Assembly: GCA_046725875.1 (NCBI GenBank) | Contig: JBKOZJ010000057.1 | Span: 1 to 33,222 of the forward strand | DNA: 33,222 bases | Source: Actinomycetota bacterium | GTDB lineage: Bacteria; Actinomycetota; Actinomycetes; JAKEEW01 | Direction: 5' to 3' | In this document: piece by piece, positions 28,324-33,222 of the stretch | Numbering within the stretch: position 1 is the stretch's first letter | Layout: the number at the start of each line of letters is the position of its first letter | Position numbers and translations under genes: made by a program | Notes under the pieces: model-generated | What the model was told of the DNA's origin: nothing | Seen by the model: only the letters and a program-made list of their open reading frames with translations | Database searches by the model: none

Positions 28324-29772
28324 ATGCTCACCTCGGAAAGACGAAAGTGGCTCGCGCTGGCTCTCCTCAGCGTGGTCCAGTTCATGGTCGTCCTAGACAT
28401 CGCGATCGTTAACGTCGCGCTGCCCTCGATTCAGGTCGACCTCGGGTTCTCCCAGGAGAACCTGCAATGGGTGGTCAGCGCGTACGCGCTGGTCTTCGGC
28501 GGATTTCTCCTGCTCGGCGGCCGGGCGGCGGACCTGCTGGGGCGGCGTCGCATCTTCCTCGCCGGCCTCGCGGTCTTCGCGCTGGCCTCCCTTCTGGCCG
28601 GCCTCTCGTGGTCGGAGACCTCGCTGATCGGGGCGCGCGCGTTGCAGGGCTTCGGGGCGGCGATCATCGCGCCCGCCGCGCTCTCCATCCTCTCTACGAC
28701 GTTCGTCGAGGGGCGCGAGCGCAACATCGCACTTGGCGTCTGGGGAGCCGTTGGTGGTTTCGGTGGGGCGGCCGGGGTTCTCCTCGGCGGAATCCTGACC
28801 GACGGGCTCAGCTGGCCGTGGATCTTCTACGTCAACGTGCCGGTGGGTCTTATTGCGCTCCTGTTGGCTCCGCTCCTGCTCACGGAGAGCCGGGACGCGA
28901 GCGTCCGAACGTTCGATGTGCCGGGTGCTGTCCTGGTGACGGCCGGTCTTTCCCTGCTCGTCTATGCGATCACCGAGGCCGGTCAGGACGGCTGGCTCGC
29001 CGGCCGGACGCTTGGAATCTTCGCTGGAGCGCTCGTCCTACTCGGGGGTTTCGTCGGCTGGGAGCTCAGGCACCCTGAGCCGCTGATGCGCTTCGGGATA
29101 CTGCGGACCAAGACCGTGAGCGGGGCGAACGTCTCCGGCCTCATCCTGGGAACCGCGCTGTTCTCGATGTTCCTGATGCTGACGCTCTACATGCAGCAGG
29201 TGCTCGGCTACTCGGCGATGAAGGCCGGAGTCGCCTACCTCGCCGTCGCGCTGTCGGCCATCGTCTGGTCCGCGGTCGCGGCGCAGCTCGTCACGCGGGT
29301 CGGCGTCAAGCCGGTGCTCGTGGCAGGAATGACGTTCCTGACGGGAGGCCTGGTCTACTTCACGCAGGTGTCGGTCGGCGGTTCGTACCTTGCCGACCTC
29401 CTGCCGGGATTCCTCCTGATCGGCATCGGCATCGGCTTCTCGTACGTGCCGATCTCGATCGCGGCGCTCGCGGGCGTCCAGCCCTCCGAGGCGGGTCTCG
29501 CCTCCGGCCTGATCAACACCTCGCAGCAGATCGGCGGCGCGCTCGGCATCGCGGCACTGTCCACCATCGCGACCTCGCGCACCGAGTCTGCCATCGCCGG
29601 CGGTACGGCGCTGCCGTCCGCGCTGGTCGACGGCTTCTCGGCGGCGTTCCTCGCCGGCACAGGGATCGCCGCTCTTGGAATCCTGGCCGCCCTGACCTTG
29701 ATTCGGCGCGACGAGCTCGAGCAAGCACCAGAAGAAGTGCCGGCGCGTGAGCTGGTGCCCTCGGAGACCTGA
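28324..29772 (+). CDS. DHA2-family (14-TMS) MFS efflux transporter
   Basis: FMVVLDIAIVNVALPSI, LLGGRAADLLGRRR, WIFYVNVPVG, FDVPGA, ASGLINTSQQIGGALG; start ATG 28324 after AGAGGGG. Confidence 0.95.
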   Translation: MLTSERRKWLALALLSVVQFMVVLDIAIVNVALPSIQVDLGFSQENLQWVVSAYALVFGGFLLLGGRAADLLGRRRIFLAGLAVFALASLLAGLSWSETSLIGARALQGFGAAIIAPAALSILSTTFVEGRERNIALGVWGAVGGFGGAAGVLLGGILTDGLSWPWIFYVNVPVGLIALLLAPLLLTESRDASVRTFDVPGAVLVTAGLSLLVYAITEAGQDGWLAGRTLGIFAGALVLLGGFVGWELRHPEPLMRFGILRTKTVSGANVSGLILGTALFSMFLMLTLYMQQVLGYSAMKAGVAYLAVALSAIVWSAVAAQLVTRVGVKPVLVAGMTFLTGGLVYFTQVSVGGSYLADLLPGFLLIGIGIGFSYVPISIAALAGVQPSEAGLASGLINTSQQIGGALGIAALSTIATSRTESAIAGGTALPSALVDGFSAAFLAGTGIAALGILAALTLIRRDELEQAPEEVPARELVPSET

Positions 29773-29806
29773 TCTCGCCTCGCGCACGCGTACTCCAGTG
29801 CACCGA

Positions 29807-29835
29807 CGACCCGAGGTCCGCGCGACCTCGGGTCG
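29807..29835 (+). terminator. 12-bp hairpin after MFS gene
   Basis: CGACCCGAGGTC-N5-GACCTCGGGTCG. Confidence 0.65.
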
Positions 29836-30137
29836 CTGTGCAGAAGGAACGCCGCCGCCAACGGATTGGCGGAAGGGGTCCTTTCTACTAAGACGACCGC
29901 CGGCCGCCTGCCGGGGGCCGCTTCGGGGCAGCCTCAGGGAGAACCGGCGGGGCAGTCGTAGTGAACGCGTGCTACGTCCCCCATACGGTCATGGCTGGAT
30001 TGCCCTGAGATGCCTTCGGGGACGGATCCGGGAAAGGGGGCGGGATCGGGCCTGATGCCCGGCCCGCCCAGCCTGAGAACGAGGAAGGCTGCTCGGGACC
30101 GCCGGGCTGGCCGGCGATCCCGAACATGACCTAACGA

Positions 30138-31202
30138 TCAGGGTGTGACGGTTACCACTGCTCCGTTGCCGAAGACGTCGACTGTCGCGTAGAGCTTGCC
30201 GTTCGCCCACTCGATTGCGGCCGGGTTCGGCACCTCGACAAGTGGCTCCGCTCCGCCGTTGGAGACCTTGGAGATCCGGTTCCCGAACAGCTCGGCCACG
30301 TAGATGGTGCCGTCGGGTGCCACTGCCACGTTGGTCGCGCCGAAGAAACCATCGGCAATCTTGGTGACTGCACCGGTCCGCGGGTTGACCGAGTAGACCG
30401 CCCCGCGCGCCCCGAGGCTCTCATCCTCTGGCCCGCCGGGGAGGCTCGACACGTAGAGCAGTCCGTCGGGGCCGAGCTCGACGTCGGTGGGTACCGGCTC
30501 GAAGTTGTACGTCGCGCCGATCGTGCAGTCTGGAAGGCCTACGACGGCGGCGACCTCTGCGGTCACGACGAACGGCGACGGCGGCAGCACGGCGATCGTG
30601 CTGATCCTGCCGTTCGCGGCGACGCGCACGATGTCGTTGCCTGCGGCATCAGCGACGGCCCGTGACCCGGACAGGATCGCCACGGAGTACGGATGCGACT
30701 CAATGATCCCTGGATACGGCTGGCCGCCGCCTGGGATCTCGTCGGGCACCATCGCGGCGCACTCCGGCGTTAGTCCCTGGAAGCCGTAGCTGTTGACCTG
30801 GTCAGGGTTCACGGTTTCCTCGTAGGCGCCGACATCGGCGAGCGTGCGTGTTCGCCCGTTGGGAAGCACGCGCTTCACGAGAGCGAAGAAACCGTCATCC
30901 GTCTCACCGCTGGTCGTGAAGGTGACCGTTCCGCGGCCCTTCGCGGCCACCCCGGCAATCTCCACGCCCGGCGTCGAGACGAGGTCGACCGCGCCCTTCT
31001 TCGTTACTGCGGTCAAGGTCCCCGCGAAGGCCTGCGAAACGTAGATCGTCCCGTCGCTTCCTACTGCTAGCTGCAAAGGTCCGGCCAGACCATCGATGAT
31101 CGGATCCGACACGGTCACCGCGGCCGCCGGCGCGGCAGTCGGCAGCACGACCGCCAAGGCCGCGATCCCCACCGCCGCAATCTGTGCGCGTGCTCGCATC
31201 AT
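30138..31202 (-). CDS. Secreted ScyD/ScyE-family beta-propeller protein
   Basis: Signal peptide; SHPY, VADAAGNDIVRV, EPVPTDVELGPDGLLYVSSLPGGPE, GTIYVAELFG. Confidence 0.85.
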   Translation of the reverse strand: MMRARAQIAAVGIAALAVVLPTAAPAAAVTVSDPIIDGLAGPLQLAVGSDGTIYVSQAFAGTLTAVTKKGAVDLVSTPGVEIAGVAAKGRGTVTFTTSGETDDGFFALVKRVLPNGRTRTLADVGAYEETVNPDQVNSYGFQGLTPECAAMVPDEIPGGGQPYPGIIESHPYSVAILSGSRAVADAAGNDIVRVAANGRISTIAVLPPSPFVVTAEVAAVVGLPDCTIGATYNFEPVPTDVELGPDGLLYVSSLPGGPEDESLGARGAVYSVNPRTGAVTKIADGFFGATNVAVAPDGTIYVAELFGNRISKVSNGGAEPLVEVPNPAAIEWANGKLYATVDVFGNGAVVTVTP

Positions 31203-31272
31203 TGCCCCCTCCCCCTAAGCCGCACGAGCGGCACTTATGACCGAGGATGATGCCACGATTCGGCCCCTGTTG

Positions 31273-32271
31273 CTACGAACGACCCCTCCGGACCGCAGGT
31301 GGCGGTGTGATGTGCCGTGGCGGCGTCACCCTCAGCAACATGACGGTCTCGAACGTTGCGTCGTAGGTGGCTTCGACCCGAACGCTGTCGGGGAGGGTGA
31401 TGGTCAGATCAACCCGGTAATGCAAGGCCGTGGTGGCGAAGCGGAGATTCTTCTCCCGGACCAGCGAGCGCTCTTTGCCTGTGAGAGTGAGTTTGCCAGT
31501 GACATGAGCGAGGCCGACCGGCTGGAACGTCTCGGGATCGCGAAGGATCAGATCTCCCTCGATACGGCCGGCTCGAACATGCAGCTGCTCGCCGGCAAAG
31601 GACGCGGGCTCGACGATATCGAGACCGATACCAAGCTGGTTGCGATGCTCGCCGTAGAAGAAGACCGTCCCGATCCCGCCGGGTAGCTCATGTGTATCCT
31701 GTGCCCAGCCGGCACTGTGCTCGGCCGGCGGTGTCGTGTCGACGACGAAAACCACCCAGTCGATCTCGAGGCCGGTGCATTCGACCTCGACGAAGGTGCC
31801 GGCCGCCGACATGGTGGCGCTGCCGGTCAACGGCGTACGCGTGCCCTGCGTCTTGAAGCGGCGACCGTCAGGATCCACATCCCAACCGTCGATCACCTCG
31901 GTTTCACCGCGGCTGACCGTTCCGGTGATGACGATGTCGCCGGCGGGATCACCGGTTTCCTCCTCGGTTGCCGGAAGCGTGGCGTTGAGCGAACCGTCCG
32001 ACAAGATTGGTTGCTGGCCAGTCGACCCGATCCCGCGGCCGTCGGGCAGCCGCACGAATGCCTGAGTCTCGACGCCGCCCAACGTTGTATCGATGGCCGT
32101 CAAGTAGGCCTCCGTACCGCTGGGACCGGTGCCGAAGCAATCGAGAATCGTGCCCTTGTCGTAGTAACGCTCGGGCATTGCCTCGGACGCCGGCGCGAGC
32201 GCCGCCGCTGCTGCTAATACAAGTGCGGCTGAGAGCAGCGCAGCCCAGCTGCGGCGCCGAAGTGCGTTCAT
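31273..32271 (-). CDS. Secreted hypothetical protein with apparent internal domain duplication
   Basis: Signal peptide ending APASEA; GAAAGG RBS; LSDGSLNATLPATEEETGDPAGDIVITGTVS resembles VRAGRIEGDLILRDPETFQPVGLAHVTGKLT. Confidence 0.8.
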   Translation of the reverse strand: MNALRRRSWAALLSAALVLAAAAALAPASEAMPERYYDKGTILDCFGTGPSGTEAYLTAIDTTLGGVETQAFVRLPDGRGIGSTGQQPILSDGSLNATLPATEEETGDPAGDIVITGTVSRGETEVIDGWDVDPDGRRFKTQGTRTPLTGSATMSAAGTFVEVECTGLEIDWVVFVVDTTPPAEHSAGWAQDTHELPGGIGTVFFYGEHRNQLGIGLDIVEPASFAGEQLHVRAGRIEGDLILRDPETFQPVGLAHVTGKLTLTGKERSLVREKNLRFATTALHYRVDLTITLPDSVRVEATYDATFETVMLLRVTPPRHITPPPAVRRGRS

Positions 32272-32824
32272 CGCGACCTTTCGGTTGATTTAGTTGTCGT
32301 GGGGGCCGCACGGCGACTAATCGGACGGTGTTGGCGCGTCCAAGTCCGTCGGATCGCTCGGGACACCCGACCTTCCCCCGCTCTGGTGAAGGGCATTGTG
32401 GTCGGGGCGGACCTGTTGCATCAAGCCCCTTCGGGCCCTCAGCTGAGACGGCGGTCGCCGGGCTTGATGACTCGCAGCCACCGGTAGCCCAACTCGCGGC
32501 ATATGTCGGCCACTGACCGGTTCGAGATGTGAGCGGAACCGCTAACGTCTCCGTAGCCGCTCGGTCAGCCGCGCCGGCGGCCAGATCGTGTCACACATCG
32601 GACATATGCCGTCACGTTCGCGCTGCTGGCAGACGAAGTCGATCGACGATGGCCCCGACGGCGATGGCGTTGCAAACGAACTCGGAGTACGGCGTGACTG
32701 GCACCTCCGAGCCGACCATCGCCCACTACTTCGAAGTCGAGCGCCAATCGGTCTCACAAGGGTCCAACCCCGCCGACTTTGCAAAGCAACCGGCGGTGGG
32801 CAATGGTGCGGTGGCTGCTGCCGC

Positions 32825-32966
32825 AACAGTGGACCGTGAGCTCGAAGATGATCAGCGCATTCGAAGATAATTGGACCGCCACCTCGACCGGAAAGCCAGA
32901 TTCGTCAAGGTGACGGTCCTTTGATCTTCGAATCTGCGCTGATTTTCTAGGCCATGGTCCACCGTT
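32825..32966. repeat. Long nested imperfect palindrome
   Basis: Arms 32825-32838/32953-32966, 32851-32868/32924-32943, 32873-32888/32904-32919. Confidence 0.75.
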
Positions 32967-33069
32967 CCTGCCTTGGGCTGGAGGAGCGGCCCCGTCCAGG
33001 CCGAACAACGACGCAAGGTCGTCCATACTCGTGGCCTCGGTGTCGGCTGGTTGTCCGAGACAGCCAGCA

Positions 33070-33222
33070 TCTCGACGCACCGAGCATCACCTCGGAACGA
33101 CACACTCCGCTCAACTACGAAAGCCATGTTGCTGGGCAGGGTGAGGCTCAGCACAGTCCTTTGGTAGGCGGCAGTGGGCGAAGCGCAGATTCTTGTCCCT
33201 CGTGACCGAGCGCTCTTTGCTC
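33070..33222 (-). pseudogene. Frameshifted 3' end of a paralogue of the 31273-32271 secreted protein (runs off window)
   Basis: KERSVTRDKNLRFA / TAAYQRTVLSLTLP versus KERSLVREKNLRFATTALHYRVDLTITLP; DNA 33177-33220 resembles 31435-31478. Confidence 0.75.

Noticed and set aside
30138..31202. Scytonemin biosynthesis
   Set aside because: Only a ScyD/E-like propeller; no scyABC-type genes in the window

Overview
High-GC actinobacterial chromosome segment in three parts. (1) ~1-1.5 kb: 5' part of a multi-PAS sensor gene and a stand-alone Rieske ferredoxin with a strongly structured leader. (2) ~1.5-18.0 kb: accessory DNA stacked at the 3' side of an intact tRNA-Ser(GGA) gene (18027-18114, minus). 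Three displaced tRNA 3'-half copies (1533-1571 degenerate, 1743-1804, 8043-8103) share identically spaced flanking motifs and divide it into tandem units of 233, 6299 and 9985 bp. No integrase is recognisable. Cargo is redox enzymes, regulators (MmyB-like XRE, LAL LuxR-ATPase, ECF sigma), secreted proteins and many broken genes. (3) 18.4-33.2 kb: core ffs-dnaX-recR-DUF5063-ask-asd, then ltrA, YceI, an uncalled 53-aa Cys-containing secreted-peptide ORF, an HxlR/MFS pair, a ScyD/ScyE-like protein and a secreted two-domain protein with a decayed paralogue at the window edge. Four intergenic regions hold REP/REPIN-like nested palindromes. Family assignments come from motif recognition by eye; no searches were run.
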